Part shown: positions 49,179 through 59,739 of the stretch, piece after piece
Layout: every line of letters begins with the position of its first letter
How positions within the stretch are numbered: position 1 is the stretch's first letter
Assembly: GCA_965219005.1 (NCBI GenBank)
Contig: CBDCMS010000004.1
Coordinates: forward strand, 815,736-879,735
Origin: Acidobacteriota bacterium
GTDB lineage: Bacteria; Acidobacteriota; UBA6911; RPQK01; JAJDTT01
Length of the DNA stretch: 64,000 nt
Direction of reading: 5' to 3'
Notes under the pieces: model-generated
Seen by the model: only the letters and a program-made list of their open reading frames with translations
The model's database searches: none
Told to the model about the DNA's origin: nothing
Translations under genes and position numbers: made by a program

Positions 49179-50489
49179 TCACACCTTCTCCGGCAGCTGG
49201 AACTTGGGATGGTACTGGCGCGTGAGCAGCTTGTTGGCTTCCTTGTCTCCTGGAAACGTCTCCGTCTCGGGGTCGAACCTCAACTCCCTGCCCAGCCGGT
49301 AGGAAATGTTGCCCAGGTGGCAAAAGGCATTGGAGAGGTGGATGTCCTCGATCTCGGCGTTGAGGATGTCAGGCCGTTCCTCTCGAATGGCCTGGAAGAA
49401 GTTGCTGAACTGAATTCGGTCGACCTTCTGGATTTTGCCGACCGGCGGCAGGTCCCCCAGACCCGGCTCTGGCTTCTTGCTCCGCCCCAGGAAGACCTCG
49501 AAGCTCCCGCCCGAGAAAATCCGCATGTGCCCCTTGCTTCCATAGAAATGCCAGCTTCTGGGTTCTCCGGTGTAATAACCGCGGATCTCCCCCACCACAA
49601 TGGTGCCGTCTGGATACTGATGGGTTACAGTCAGGGTGTTGGGAGTCTGAGCCTGGTCGCGGTAGCCGAACCGGCCCCCCACTGCATCGATGCGGGTGGG
49701 AAGCCCCTTGGACTTGCCCAGTCCCCAGTGGCAGACATCTACGGAGTGGCTCCCGTTGTTCCCCATTTCGCCACCTCCGAAGTCCCAGAACCAGTGCCAG
49801 TTGTAGTGGACCAGGTTCTCGTGAAAGGGCTGCTCCACAGCGGGTCCCCGCCAGAGGTTCCAGTCGAGCGAAGCGGGTGGCGTCGTCGGTTTCTTGAAGC
49901 CAATGGACTCGCGGGGGCCGGGCAGCAGCCAACGGGTCATGTAGATGTCGCCAACGATCCCTTCGTGGATCAGGCCGATGGCCTTGCGGAAATTGGGATG
50001 GGAACGGCGTTGGGTCCCGCCCATGACCACCCGCTGGTACTTCCGAGCCGCCTGGACCAGCATCCGGCCTTCCTTCAGATTGTGGGAAATCGGTTTCTCG
50101 ACGTAAGCATGCTTGCCCGCCTGGCAGGCCCAGATTCCTGCCGGAGCATGCCAGTGATTGCAGCAGGTCATGATCACGGCATCGATCTCTGGATCTTCCA
50201 TGATCCGCCTCAGATCCACCTCGGTCGCGGGTCTTCGTCCGGTCAGGGTTTCCAGCTCTGCGGCCCATTTCTCCCGCCGGTCCTGGTCCGGATCACAGAC
50301 CGTCGCCACCTGGACCCGGTCCAGGGCATTCACCGTCTTCATGACGCTTCCGCCCCGACCGCCCATGCCGATGATGGCGACGTTGATACGGTCGTTGGCC
50401 CCGGCCCAGGAGGCAGGGCCCACCAGGGAAGCAGCTCCAGCGGCCAGCGTCGTATTCTTCAGAAACTCGCGGCGCTTGAGATTCGCCAT
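49179..50489 (-). CDS. Tat-exported Gfo/Idh/MocA oxidoreductase
   Basis: KRREFLK, IIGMGGRG, NHWHAP, HAYVEKP, GTQRRS, HYNWHWFWDFGGG. Confidence 0.92.
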   Translation of the reverse strand: MANLKRREFLKNTTLAAGAASLVGPASWAGANDRINVAIIGMGGRGGSVMKTVNALDRVQVATVCDPDQDRREKWAAELETLTGRRPATEVDLRRIMEDPEIDAVIMTCCNHWHAPAGIWACQAGKHAYVEKPISHNLKEGRMLVQAARKYQRVVMGGTQRRSHPNFRKAIGLIHEGIVGDIYMTRWLLPGPRESIGFKKPTTPPASLDWNLWRGPAVEQPFHENLVHYNWHWFWDFGGGEMGNNGSHSVDVCHWGLGKSKGLPTRIDAVGGRFGYRDQAQTPNTLTVTHQYPDGTIVVGEIRGYYTGEPRSWHFYGSKGHMRIFSGGSFEVFLGRSKKPEPGLGDLPPVGKIQKVDRIQFSNFFQAIREERPDILNAEIEDIHLSNAFCHLGNISYRLGRELRFDPETETFPGDKEANKLLTRQYHPKFQLPEKV

Positions 50490-50627
50490 CACTCAGTCCT
50501 TTCTCGGTTTGTGATCCTTGGATCAGAGAGCTCCTGAGACGTGATAGTCCACGGAGGCTTAAGACGGCGGCTTTGGAGCGATCGGCATCGTCCACGGCAA
50601 GCAGCCGCTATCTATGCTTCCGTGACG

Positions 50628-51214
50628 TTATCTCCTTCGGCCTTTCTTACGGCCCCTATGTCGGTCGTCATCATCATCGTCATCACCGTCATCGTCGTCG
50701 TCATCTCCTACGTCAGGGATGCAGATCCGACCGACGTAGGTGCCAGTGGTCATACCCGCGTTGAGGTCGATCTCGCCAATAGCGACGATGCGGCCAGAAG
50801 CTCCCGCCAATTTCCTGGTTCCATCGGTGATCGAGATGTGGTGATGAAGTTTCCATTGCTGCTGTCGATGGCACCCATATCGGTACCCAACAGGGTATTT
50901 CCGCGCTCCGTCCGAATGACGCTCTCTCCAGTAAAGAACACAGCCGGCTGGATGGTCGTAGTGGCAGTCATCATGAACGCGAAGGTTCCGCCAATGTCGC
51001 CCTGTAGTATGCCCCTGGTGCAGATCAGGGGGGGGCTGACGGGGCAGCTCTGTGGTGGCAGGACTATCGATTCGAAACGGCCATGAACAGGCTCGCAATC
51101 GCCCCGGGCCAGGACCAAGTTGGGCGAAATTGCGAGGGCTAGGACAGCTACTGTGAAGAAGGCTCTTTTGGGATTAGGGAATCTGTTTCTAGTGTTGAGG
51201 CTGCTGTGGTGCAT
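50628..51214 (-). pseudogene. Small exported beta-barrel protein with an Asp-rich tail, frameshifted near 50840
   Basis: GAGGAGGAG RBS and signal peptide; one frame reads to ...NGNFIT and the adjacent frame continues ISITDGTRKLAGASGRIV...GRICIPDVGDDDDDDG. Confidence 0.65.
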
Positions 51215-51274
51215 GGGGTTCTCCTCCTCTTGCCTCCCCACAATCTACCTCCCACAATAATCTTTTCCGTCCAC

Positions 51275-52726
51275 TTATGCCAGAAGCTTGTCTACCACCT
51301 TGCCGCTTACGTCGGTGAGGCGGAACTCCCGTCCTTGAAAGCGGTAGACCAGGCGGGTGTGGTCCAGACCCATAAGGTGCAGGACGGTGGCGTGCAGATC
51401 GTGAACGTGTATGGGGTCCTCCACCACCTCGTAGCCGAGCTCATCTGTCTCCCCGACGGTGACCCCGGGCTTGATACCGCCTCCGGCCAGCCACATGGTG
51501 AAGGCGTAGGGGTGATGGTCTCGACCGGGATACTTGCCCGGGTGCTCGTTCATGGGGGTGCGTCCGAACTCACCGCCCCAGACCACCAGGGTCTCGTCCA
51601 GCATGCCCCGATCCTTGAGATCCTTGAGCAGTGCAGCCGCAGCCTGGTCCGTTTCCATGCAGCGCGTCTTCAATCCGGCGTCATGAGTGATCGACCCCAT
51701 CGCCACCTGGCCGTGGTGGTCCCATCCGTGATGATAAAGCTGAACGAAGCGAACACCCCGCTCCACCAGCCGCCGTGCCAGTAGGCAGTTGTTGGCGAAG
51801 GAAACCTTGCCCGGCTCGATCCCGTAGAGCTTCTGGATGTGCTCTGGCTCCTGCCCGATCTCCATCAGCTCAGGGACACTGGTCTGCATCCTGTAGGCCA
51901 GCTCGTAGGAGGCGATCCGCGTCTGGATTTCCGGATCTCCTACCGCTTCGTAGCGCTTCTGGTTCAGCTTCCTCAAACTGTCCAGGGAGCGCCGCCGCAT
52001 CTGCCGACTCATCCACTCGGGATCGGACACGAAGAGCACCGGATCACCTTGGGAGCGGAATTCTACCCCCTGATAGAGCGTGGGCAGGAAACCCCCACCC
52101 CAACAAGAATTGCCTGCGAAAACCTGGACAGGACCCGACTGCAGCACCACGAAACCGGGTAGATCGACGTTTTCGCTGCCCAGGCCGTAGGTTAGCCAAG
52201 ACCCCATGCTGGGACGACCGATCAGCCGATGTCCCGTATTCATGAAGAGCTGAGCTGGCGCGTGATTGAACTGCTCGGCGTGTAGCGACTTGACGATGGC
52301 GATGTCGTCTGCCACTTCAGCCAGATGGGGCAACAGCTCCGAAATCGCAGCGCCCGAGTTCCCATAGCGCTTATAGGAATAGGGAGAACCCAGAATCTGG
52401 GGGGTACCGCGAAGGAAGGCAAAGCGCTTTCCGTCCAGGGTTCCCTCAGGAACCTCCTGGCCGTCCAGCTGGTTCAGCTTGGGCTTGTCTTCGAACAGGT
52501 CGATTTGGGAGGGTCCGCCCGACATGAAGAGGAAGATGATGTTCTTGGCCTTGGGTGCAAAGTGGGAAGGCTTCAGCGCCAGAGGATTCTTGGCGCTCAG
52601 CGATGGAGCGGAAAAGAGATCCTGGTCCATGAGTCCCGCCAAGGCAACGGATCCGATGCCCATGCCGCTATGGAAGAAGAAGTGGCGGCGAGTAATGGCT
52701 TTCAGGACCTCTGTCTTGCGATTCAT
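51275..52726 (-). CDS. DUF1501 domain protein
   Basis: TRRHFF signal, [62 protein letters not shown]. Confidence 0.93.
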   Translation of the reverse strand: MNRKTEVLKAITRRHFFFHSGMGIGSVALAGLMDQDLFSAPSLSAKNPLALKPSHFAPKAKNIIFLFMSGGPSQIDLFEDKPKLNQLDGQEVPEGTLDGKRFAFLRGTPQILGSPYSYKRYGNSGAAISELLPHLAEVADDIAIVKSLHAEQFNHAPAQLFMNTGHRLIGRPSMGSWLTYGLGSENVDLPGFVVLQSGPVQVFAGNSCWGGGFLPTLYQGVEFRSQGDPVLFVSDPEWMSRQMRRRSLDSLRKLNQKRYEAVGDPEIQTRIASYELAYRMQTSVPELMEIGQEPEHIQKLYGIEPGKVSFANNCLLARRLVERGVRFVQLYHHGWDHHGQVAMGSITHDAGLKTRCMETDQAAAALLKDLKDRGMLDETLVVWGGEFGRTPMNEHPGKYPGRDHHPYAFTMWLAGGGIKPGVTVGETDELGYEVVEDPIHVHDLHATVLHLMGLDHTRLVYRFQGREFRLTDVSGKVVDKLLA

Positions 52727-52741
52727 GGCTGTCTCCTCGAA

Positions 52742-53018
52742 CTAGTACCCTGTAGCACAGATTATGACGGATTTGTGGCGAGCGCGACGGGTCGAGATCG
52801 CGAAGAGACGACGAATGCCATGCTTTGCCATAGTGGAGGAGGAGCGACAAAGATATCGGCCCGTCCCGTCGCCACCCGTAGGGCAGATGGGGGTTGCGGA
52901 CGATCTCTGCGTTGGTCGTCGTCGAAGATAGCCAAGCATCATCTTCCTCCTCCTGCCTTGATCTCGCCTCACAAGCCCCATCTGCAAATCCATCATAATC
53001 TGTGTTACAGGGTACTAG
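52742..53018. mobile_element. ~270-bp MITE with 34-bp terminal inverted repeats at a CTAG site
   Basis: CTAGTACCCTGTAGCACAGATTATGACGGATTTG (52742-52775) vs the reverse complement of 52985-53018: 32/34; no internal ORF. Confidence 0.85.
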
Positions 53019-56000
53019 GGTCGGGAAATGGTCTCGTCCAGGTTCAGCAGGACCTGGGCCACAGTGGTCCAGGCCACGAGCTCCCTGGTTGGGATCTCAG
53101 CGTCCACAGCGCCGCGGGTCGCTGAGTCTGTCGTTTGAGAGCGAAGGTGTCCCAGCTGATCACGGTAGAGGGAGGTCAGTTCTTCCACTTCCTCCTGCTG
53201 AGGGCGCCGGCCCAGACTGAGACGAAAGCCGTGTGTGATCTTTCTCTCCACCTCCGGACCCGCTTCTGAAACCATGCGCCTGGCCAGTCCTTGGGCCGCC
53301 TCCAGAAACATCTCATCATTCATGAGGTTCAGCGCCTGCAATGGCGTGTTGGAGCGGGTGCGGGCCACACAGGTAGTCTCCCGGCTGGGAGCGTCGAAGT
53401 TGGCGTAGAAGGGGAAGGGCCGGATGCGCTTCAAAAAGGTGTAGAGGCCTCTGCGATAGCGGTCCTCACCCTCCCCGGTAACCCAGGTATCGGGGACGTA
53501 GAGGTTGTCCCAGAGACCGTCGGGCTGCGGAGGAAAAACACTGGGCCCATACATGCGCAGGTTCAGTAGCCCTGCGATACTCAAGGTGTTGTCCCGGATC
53601 ATCTCCGCGTCCATGCGGAATCTGGGACCTCGGGCGTAGAGTTCGTTGTAGGGATCACTTTCGAGAAGCTCAGGTGTCACCCGGGTGTCCTGTCGATAGG
53701 TGGCCGAGGTGACCATCAGGCGATGCATTGCCTTCATCGACCAGTCCTGTCTCACGAACTCGGTGGCGAGCCAGTCCAGTAGTAGGGGATGACTGGGTCG
53801 AGCCCCCTGGGTTCCCAGATCCTCGGCTGTCTTCACCAGAGGTCGACCGAAGTGGTGATTCCAGAACCGATTCATGGTGACCCTGCCCACCAGGGGGTTC
53901 TGCGGAGAGACCAGCCAGCGTGCGAGGGTGAGGCGATTGGGCTGGCCCTCCTCTCGAGGCAGAGGATGAAGAACAACGGGCACTCCTGGTTGGACTTCCT
54001 TGCCCGGGTTGAGAAAGCTGCCCTTGACGAAGACGTGGGTTTTCCGCGGTTGGTCCAACTCCTTCATCACCAGACTCCTGGGTGAGGTGAGTTGACCCCA
54101 GAACGTCAGCAGCTCGGACAGTCGCGTTCTGACCGGCTCCAGCAGGGGAGCGATGGAACGGTAGTACTCTGCCAGGGCCTTCTTCTGCTCCTCGGTTTTC
54201 TGATCTGAGGGAACCAGGAGCACCCTCTCGACCCAGCTTGGGAGCTTGACGTTTCGCGCCGGATCCTTCTCCTGCGTCAGGGAGAGGCGAAATCGGCCGA
54301 TGATCTGCTGGGGAGTCTTCCCTTCGTGCCGGATCCGAAAGGTAAGGCGAGTCCCTCCTGCAAATCCAAGGGCGGCCTCGGGAAGGAAGATCGCCTGGCG
54401 ATCTACTCTCAACTTGTCCTGGTCACCCGCGATAGACCAGCCTGTACTGGAAGCTCCATCCAAGGTCCGCCGAACGTCGAACTCTCCGCAGCCTCCCCCC
54501 TTCTCGTACTCGGCGGCGGCCGAGTCAAAGCGGATGGCTGTGGGTGAGCCCGATGCTTGGAGCGGCTTGGCACTGACCTCGAAGCCACTGAGTAGGAACT
54601 CTCCGCTGGGACTCCTACTGGATCCGCCGTGCGGTAGGCTGGGATGTGTCAGTGTCTCCAGTCGGATGGCGGTGATCCCCTGGAGCTCAGTTTCCGCTGC
54701 AACCAGATACGTATCTCTCGACGGCGTCGGCCCTCCAGCCAGGAGGGAGCCGTCCTCAAGCTTGGTCAGATCGGTGTCTGCCAAGGAGAGGTAGGTCGTG
54801 GGGTCGAGCAGTTTCCAGGAGACGATGCTGCTCGATTTTTCAGTCTCCCACTTGGCCTGGGCGGCCGCCAGCTCGGGCGTGGTGCGCTTCAGGGTTGCTT
54901 TCAGCTGGATGACTTCCTGCTCTACGTCGGATCGCTGCGGCTTCAGGTAATCGGGGGGTGCGAGGGTCAGGGTGGCATTTTTCTTTACCGGTTTGTTCTC
55001 GTCCATGGTGCTGTTGAAGAAGGCGAACATCCGGTAATACTCTTCCTGGGTAAAAGGGTCGTACTTGTGGTCATGGCACTGGGCGCAGCCAACGGTGCTT
55101 CCCAGCCAGACGGTCGCGGTGGTCTCGACCCGATCGAGGATAGCCGCCACCCGGTATTCTTCGTCGTCGGTGCCTCCTTCAGTATTGATCATGGTATTGC
55201 GGTGAAACCCCGTGGCGACCTTTAGCGAAATCTCGTCGCAGGAGCCGCGACAATCGAATTCTGGAAGCAGGTCTCCGGCGATCTGCTGGATGGTGAACTG
55301 GTCGAAGGGCATGTCCGAGTTCAGCGCCTTGATCACCCAATCCCGGTAGGGCCACATACTGCGCCGGCGATCGTGGATATAGCCGTTGGTGTCAGCGTAG
55401 CGCGCCAGATCCAACCAGGGACGAGCCCAACGTTCGCCGTAATGGGGAGATTCCAGGAGCTGGTGTACCAGCTTATCGTAGGCGTCGTCGGCAGGATCGG
55501 CCACGAAGGCGTCCACTTCCTCCGGAGTCGGAGGAAGTCCGACCAAGTCCAGCTTCACCCGGCGAATTAAGGTTTCCCTGGAAGCCTCAGGTGCCGGTTC
55601 GAGGCCCTCCTGATACAGCCGCCTCAGAATGAACCGATCGATGGGATTCCGCACCAACCCTGGCTTCTCCAGCTCGGGCGGTTCTGGCCTTTCCGGCAAC
55701 ACGTACGCCCAGTGCTTGGCAGGGGCGGATTGGGCTTGACTGCTTTCCGGCCACGGTGCTCCCTCGTCCAGCCAGGCACGGATCAGACTGATCTGGTCCG
55801 GCGCGAGCTGGCCCGAAAGCGGCATAGGAGAGCCCTCGGCTTCACCCAGTAGCTTCTGATAGAGAAGGCTGCCCGCACTGTTTCCTGGGAGGATGGCGAG
55901 ACCTGACTTGCCTCCCTCGAGGGCAGGCTGTCTGGTGTCCAATCGGAGGCCGTTCATCTGCTTCTCCGATCCGTGACACTGGTTGCACTTGGTCTCAAAG

Positions 56001-56128
56001 ATGGGCCGAATGTCCTTAGCGAAGTCCACCGCTGGCGGAGCTGCTCCAGCTCCACTTACCATGCCCAATACCCCCAGCGGAAGAAGCAGCACGGTAGACC
56101 TGACCCGTCGAGCTGAATTCTGTTTCAT
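53015..56128 (-). CDS. Planctomycete cytochrome c/DUF1549/DUF1553 (PSD1) protein
   Basis: CNQCH, HWAYVLP, NPIDRF, GERWARPWLDLARYADTNG, CAQCHDHKYDP, HPLLLDWLA, SNTPLQALNLMND. Confidence 0.93.
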   Translation of the reverse strand: MKQNSARRVRSTVLLLPLGVLGMVSGAGAAPPAVDFAKDIRPIFETKCNQCHGSEKQMNGLRLDTRQPALEGGKSGLAILPGNSAGSLLYQKLLGEAEGSPMPLSGQLAPDQISLIRAWLDEGAPWPESSQAQSAPAKHWAYVLPERPEPPELEKPGLVRNPIDRFILRRLYQEGLEPAPEASRETLIRRVKLDLVGLPPTPEEVDAFVADPADDAYDKLVHQLLESPHYGERWARPWLDLARYADTNGYIHDRRRSMWPYRDWVIKALNSDMPFDQFTIQQIAGDLLPEFDCRGSCDEISLKVATGFHRNTMINTEGGTDDEEYRVAAILDRVETTATVWLGSTVGCAQCHDHKYDPFTQEEYYRMFAFFNSTMDENKPVKKNATLTLAPPDYLKPQRSDVEQEVIQLKATLKRTTPELAAAQAKWETEKSSSIVSWKLLDPTTYLSLADTDLTKLEDGSLLAGGPTPSRDTYLVAAETELQGITAIRLETLTHPSLPHGGSSRSPSGEFLLSGFEVSAKPLQASGSPTAIRFDSAAAEYEKGGGCGEFDVRRTLDGASSTGWSIAGDQDKLRVDRQAIFLPEAALGFAGGTRLTFRIRHEGKTPQQIIGRFRLSLTQEKDPARNVKLPSWVERVLLVPSDQKTEEQKKALAEYYRSIAPLLEPVRTRLSELLTFWGQLTSPRSLVMKELDQPRKTHVFVKGSFLNPGKEVQPGVPVVLHPLPREEGQPNRLTLARWLVSPQNPLVGRVTMNRFWNHHFGRPLVKTAEDLGTQGARPSHPLLLDWLATEFVRQDWSMKAMHRLMVTSATYRQDTRVTPELLESDPYNELYARGPRFRMDAEMIRDNTLSIAGLLNLRMYGPSVFPPQPDGLWDNLYVPDTWVTGEGEDRYRRGLYTFLKRIRPFPFYANFDAPSRETTCVARTRSNTPLQALNLMNDEMFLEAAQGLARRMVSEAGPEVERKITHGFRLSLGRRPQQEEVEELTSLYRDQLGHLRSQTTDSATRGAVDAEIPTRELVAWTTVAQVLLNLDETISRP

Positions 56129-56232
56129 ATGGCGGCTCCACCCTGAAATCGGCTTCCGCCAAGTATAGCGAAAGAGGACGTTTACGGAAAGACAGGCAAC
56201 TCGGTCTAGCTACCGGGATACATCCCTCGAAC

Positions 56233-56262
56233 TTGACAGACGACGAGGGAAAGCAGTACGCT
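56233..56262 (+). promoter_or_regulatory. Putative sigma70 promoter of the RRM gene, giving a ~190-nt 5' UTR
   Basis: TTGACA-18 nt-TACGCT. Confidence 0.5.
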
Positions 56263-56456
56263 AAGCGTCTCTTCGGTACAGGGCCTCCTGAAGTTATCTA
56301 TGAGAAGAGTTGAAGGCCCAATCAGATTCATCCCTGCGAAGGTCCTCCCTGAGGATTAGCCGACCAGATCGTGGCCACCAGCAAAGCAACCATATTCTGC
56401 TCCCTTTGCGGTACCTACCCAGGGTTGATATCTGCCGTTTCTCTTAGGAGGGGAAC

Positions 56457-56753
56457 ATGAGTAAGAAGTTGTATGTCGGTGGTTTGCCGTATGCTGTTAC
56501 TGACCAGCGCTTGGAGGAAGTCTTCTCAGAGCACGGAACTGTTGAATCGGCCCGAGTAATTACAGATAGAGATACTGGACGGTCGAGAGGGTTCGGTTTC
56601 GTGGAGATGGAGGCTCAAGCAGAGGCTGAGAGTGCGATCTCGGCCTTGAACGGGACAGATCTTGAGGGTCGGACCCTTACCGTGAACGAGGCAAAGCCCC
56701 GCGAGAATCGGTCGGGTGGCGGCGGCGGTGGTCGCGGCGGTGATCGCTGGTAG
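56457..56753 (+). CDS. RRM (RNP-1/RNP-2) RNA-binding protein with Gly-rich tail
   Basis: KLYVGGL (RNP2), RGFGFVEM (RNP1), GGGGGGRGGDRW; AGGAGG RBS. Confidence 0.95.
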   Translation: MSKKLYVGGLPYAVTDQRLEEVFSEHGTVESARVITDRDTGRSRGFGFVEMEAQAEAESAISALNGTDLEGRTLTVNEAKPRENRSGGGGGGRGGDRW

Positions 56754-56993
56754 CCGAAGGGACGTAAACCGACTGTTTCAAGGGGTGTGAGTTGGTGCAC
56801 CCCTCTCATGGGGCTCTTCTGAGCGAGCCGCAGTCGTTGTTCCAAGGTACGGCGAAAACACTCTTTCCCCATCCGTTTCCATAGGGTTGAGTCGGCTCGA
56901 TACCGACAGCCGATCAAGGCCCGCACAAGATTGCGGATTCGATCGGATTCCCCTGATATTGACTCTCGCAGTCAGTCCGTGGAGATGCTTGAT

Positions 56994-57416
56994 ATGGCCA
57001 AGAAAAAATCCAGGCAAACGTATCTCAAACGCCAGCGTGAACTGCAAAGAATGGAAAAGGCGGAACTCAAGCGTCAGAGACGATTGGGACGGAAAAGAGG
57101 TGAGTTCCCGATCGAGAGTTCACCCTACGGCGATGTCGAGAATCGGGGACTGGAATCTGGCGATCCACGGGCGGTGGTACCGGAGGGCGAGTCCGGTGTG
57201 TCCGCTGAGCCTCGCGCATCCCGGGAGTCTGTTGAGCCGGGCGCACCCACACAGTCCATTGACATTGATGCCTTTAAAAAGTCCCTCGATCTTAGTGCCC
57301 TCAGGAGGTCCGTTGCCCCTGTGGCCCCCAAGAAGCGTATTGAGCCTGTTGCCCCCAGGAAGTCTGCTGAGTCTAGTGAGTCCGAGCCTCCGCCGCCTGA
57401 CGTCAAACCATCATAG
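56994..57416 (+). CDS. Small basic/low-complexity hypothetical protein
   Basis: MAKKKSRQTYLKRQRELQRMEKAELKRQRR; disordered Pro/Ser/Glu-rich tail. Confidence 0.65.
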   Translation: MAKKKSRQTYLKRQRELQRMEKAELKRQRRLGRKRGEFPIESSPYGDVENRGLESGDPRAVVPEGESGVSAEPRASRESVEPGAPTQSIDIDAFKKSLDLSALRRSVAPVAPKKRIEPVAPRKSAESSESEPPPPDVKPS

Positions 57417-57587
57417 AGTCGGTCTCAGGGCCGGTTTTTTGAGATCTTTGCCAGCCCAGCCAAGGGTTGGGATCACGTGTGTTACAATTTGCGAAACTGG
57501 ACGATCGGCCTAACGGCTGGACTTTGGGGGATTGTCGGGTAGTGAATTCGAGTCACGCACACATCGAGTTCTAGCGTTGAGTTGTAA

Positions 57588-58442
57588 ATGATCATTGGGC
57601 TGCATCGAAGTTGGATTGTCCAGAGGTTGGTCTTCGTGCTTGCGGCCGTCAACTTCGCCAGCGCCATGGACGGGGATCCCGATCAGCCCCCGGCCAGGCC
57701 TTCCACCTGGGAGTCCGCCCCCACCCCTCAAGTACTCGGCAAACCCGCGGTTACTCCGGCTTCGAATGCAAAACGGCAGCCAAGCTTTTTCAAGCAGCTC
57801 GGGATTGATTTCAAGAATATCTTTACGACCCGGGAGAATCTTTGGATTCTAGGCGGAGGCCTGGGCGCGAGTCTGGCTCTGAAGCCCCTCGACGACAATA
57901 TCTCCAACGGTCGATTCAACTCTGAGATTTCCCAAGGAACCGGCCTGGACCACGTCTTCGAATCGGGTGAGATAGTCGGGGGAGCTCTATTTCAGATCGG
58001 TAGCGCGGTGACGACTTTCGGGTTGGGTAAGCTGGTCGCGAATCCCGGGCTCGAGAACTTCGGTCGTGATCTGGTGCGAGCCCAGATCATAACTCAAGGT
58101 CTCACCCAGGCTGGTAAGCATGCCGTGCGTCGAATGCGACCCGACGGAAGCTCCAAGAAGTCTTTTCCTTCCGGACACTCCTCCGGTACTTTCGCCACCG
58201 CTACTGTGATTCAACGCCACTTTGGCTGGCGGCTGGGTGGCCCAGCATATGGGATCGCCGCCTATGTAGCGGCCTCCCGGTTGAGTGAAAACAAGCACTA
58301 TCTGAGCGATGTGGTCTTCGGTGCTGCCGTAGGTGTCCTGGTAGGACGAACGGTGACCTTCGGCGTCGGCCAATCGAGATTTCAGATTTCTCCCGCGGCT
58401 GTGCCTGCCGGTGCAGGTCTTCGGCTGTCCCTGGCTCCCTAG
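57588..58442 (+). CDS. PAP2 family phosphatase
   Basis: K..VRRMRP, SFPSGHS, SRLSENKHYLSDV. Confidence 0.88.
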   Translation: MIIGLHRSWIVQRLVFVLAAVNFASAMDGDPDQPPARPSTWESAPTPQVLGKPAVTPASNAKRQPSFFKQLGIDFKNIFTTRENLWILGGGLGASLALKPLDDNISNGRFNSEISQGTGLDHVFESGEIVGGALFQIGSAVTTFGLGKLVANPGLENFGRDLVRAQIITQGLTQAGKHAVRRMRPDGSSKKSFPSGHSSGTFATATVIQRHFGWRLGGPAYGIAAYVAASRLSENKHYLSDVVFGAAVGVLVGRTVTFGVGQSRFQISPAAVPAGAGLRLSLAP

Positions 58443-58779
58443 GGCTCCTTGGTCGAGAAAAAGTTCACAAACTGATCAAGTTTCCTGCCTCGGCGTGATG
58501 TAGTTGCCACGAGGCCGCTGAAGCGGCCTTCCTGGACAGTGCTCTTGCCCTATAGGTCAGTGTTCCTCAGCGGTATCAGGTCGCTCGCTAGGGCACTAGT
58601 ATCGGAAATGGGTTCCATCAAGACCAAGCGAGGGCAATCCCAACGGGATTGTGCCTTTCAGCTCGGGGCTTCCGACTTGTGTATGAGTCGCCGCGATTTC
58701 GTACCGTATTCTGAGCCCGAAACCTGGCTCAATGCCCATTCCCTGACTCGGAACGCTTGATGAGTTAGGATGTTGGTCC

Positions 58780-59737
58780 ATGGCCGGAACACATCAGTCT
58801 AGCTCCCTGGTCATGACTGTTACCGGGCCGGTTGGGGCCGATGAGCTTGGGTTCACCCTGATCCACGAGCACATCTTCCTGGACCTTCGCAACGACCTCT
58901 GGCTGAGCGACCGGATGTTGAACGACCAGGATCTAGCCTATCGGGAGCTGATGCTTTACAAGGAAGCGGGCGGCTTGACCCTGGTCGACCAGACTTCGGG
59001 AGGTCTGCGCGGCAACCGGAATCGCATTCTGCCGACCAAGCACCCCTTGGCGATTAGAGAGATGGCACGGCGCACCGGGCTCAACATCGTTCTGGGCAGT
59101 GGATGGTATCGAGAGCCCTATTACGAGCCCTATCTGTGGCACGCCAGCACCAATCAGATCGCAGAGGAGATCGTCGCCGAGGTGACCGACGTTCGGGCCG
59201 GTCTTATCGGCGAGATTGGAGCCCACGCCAACTACATCCTGCCAGTGGAAGAGAGAGTGCTTAGAGCCGCCGCCCGGGCCCAGCTCAAGACCAATCTCTC
59301 CCTATCGACACACCAGTCAGAGGGTACGGTGGCACTGGAGCAGCTGGGTATTCTGGAGGAGGAAGGCGTCGACCTGAGGAGGGTGATCTGCAGCCATGTC
59401 AACACCTATCCTCACCACGAGTATCACGCCGCGCTCGCCAGCAAGGGCGCGTACGTGTCCATGGAGGGCCTGGGTAGTCGCCAGCCGGTGGACGCGGAGC
59501 GCGAGATGGAGATGATGTTGGCCATGATCAACAACGGCTTCATCGATCATCTACTCCTCTCGCACGACGTGTGTGTCAAGCCTATGTACACCTGCTACGG
59601 GGGGGGGCGGCTACGAATTCATTCCTCGGACATGGCTCGGCGCGATGAAGGAGCGAGGTGTCAGCGATGAGCAAATCCACCTGATCATGGTGGAGAATCC
59701 ACGGCGATTCCTCACCGGCGGAGGACCGATTAGCTAG
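58780..59737 (+). pseudogene. Phosphotriesterase-related amidohydrolase, frameshifted in a G9 run (59599-59607)
   Basis: IHEH, GEIG, HQ, SHV, SHD motifs. Removing one G restores YGGGGYEFIPRTWLGAMKERGVSDEQIHLIMVENPRRFL, ending 2 nt before the next ATG. Confidence 0.85.
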
Positions 59738-59739
59738 CC

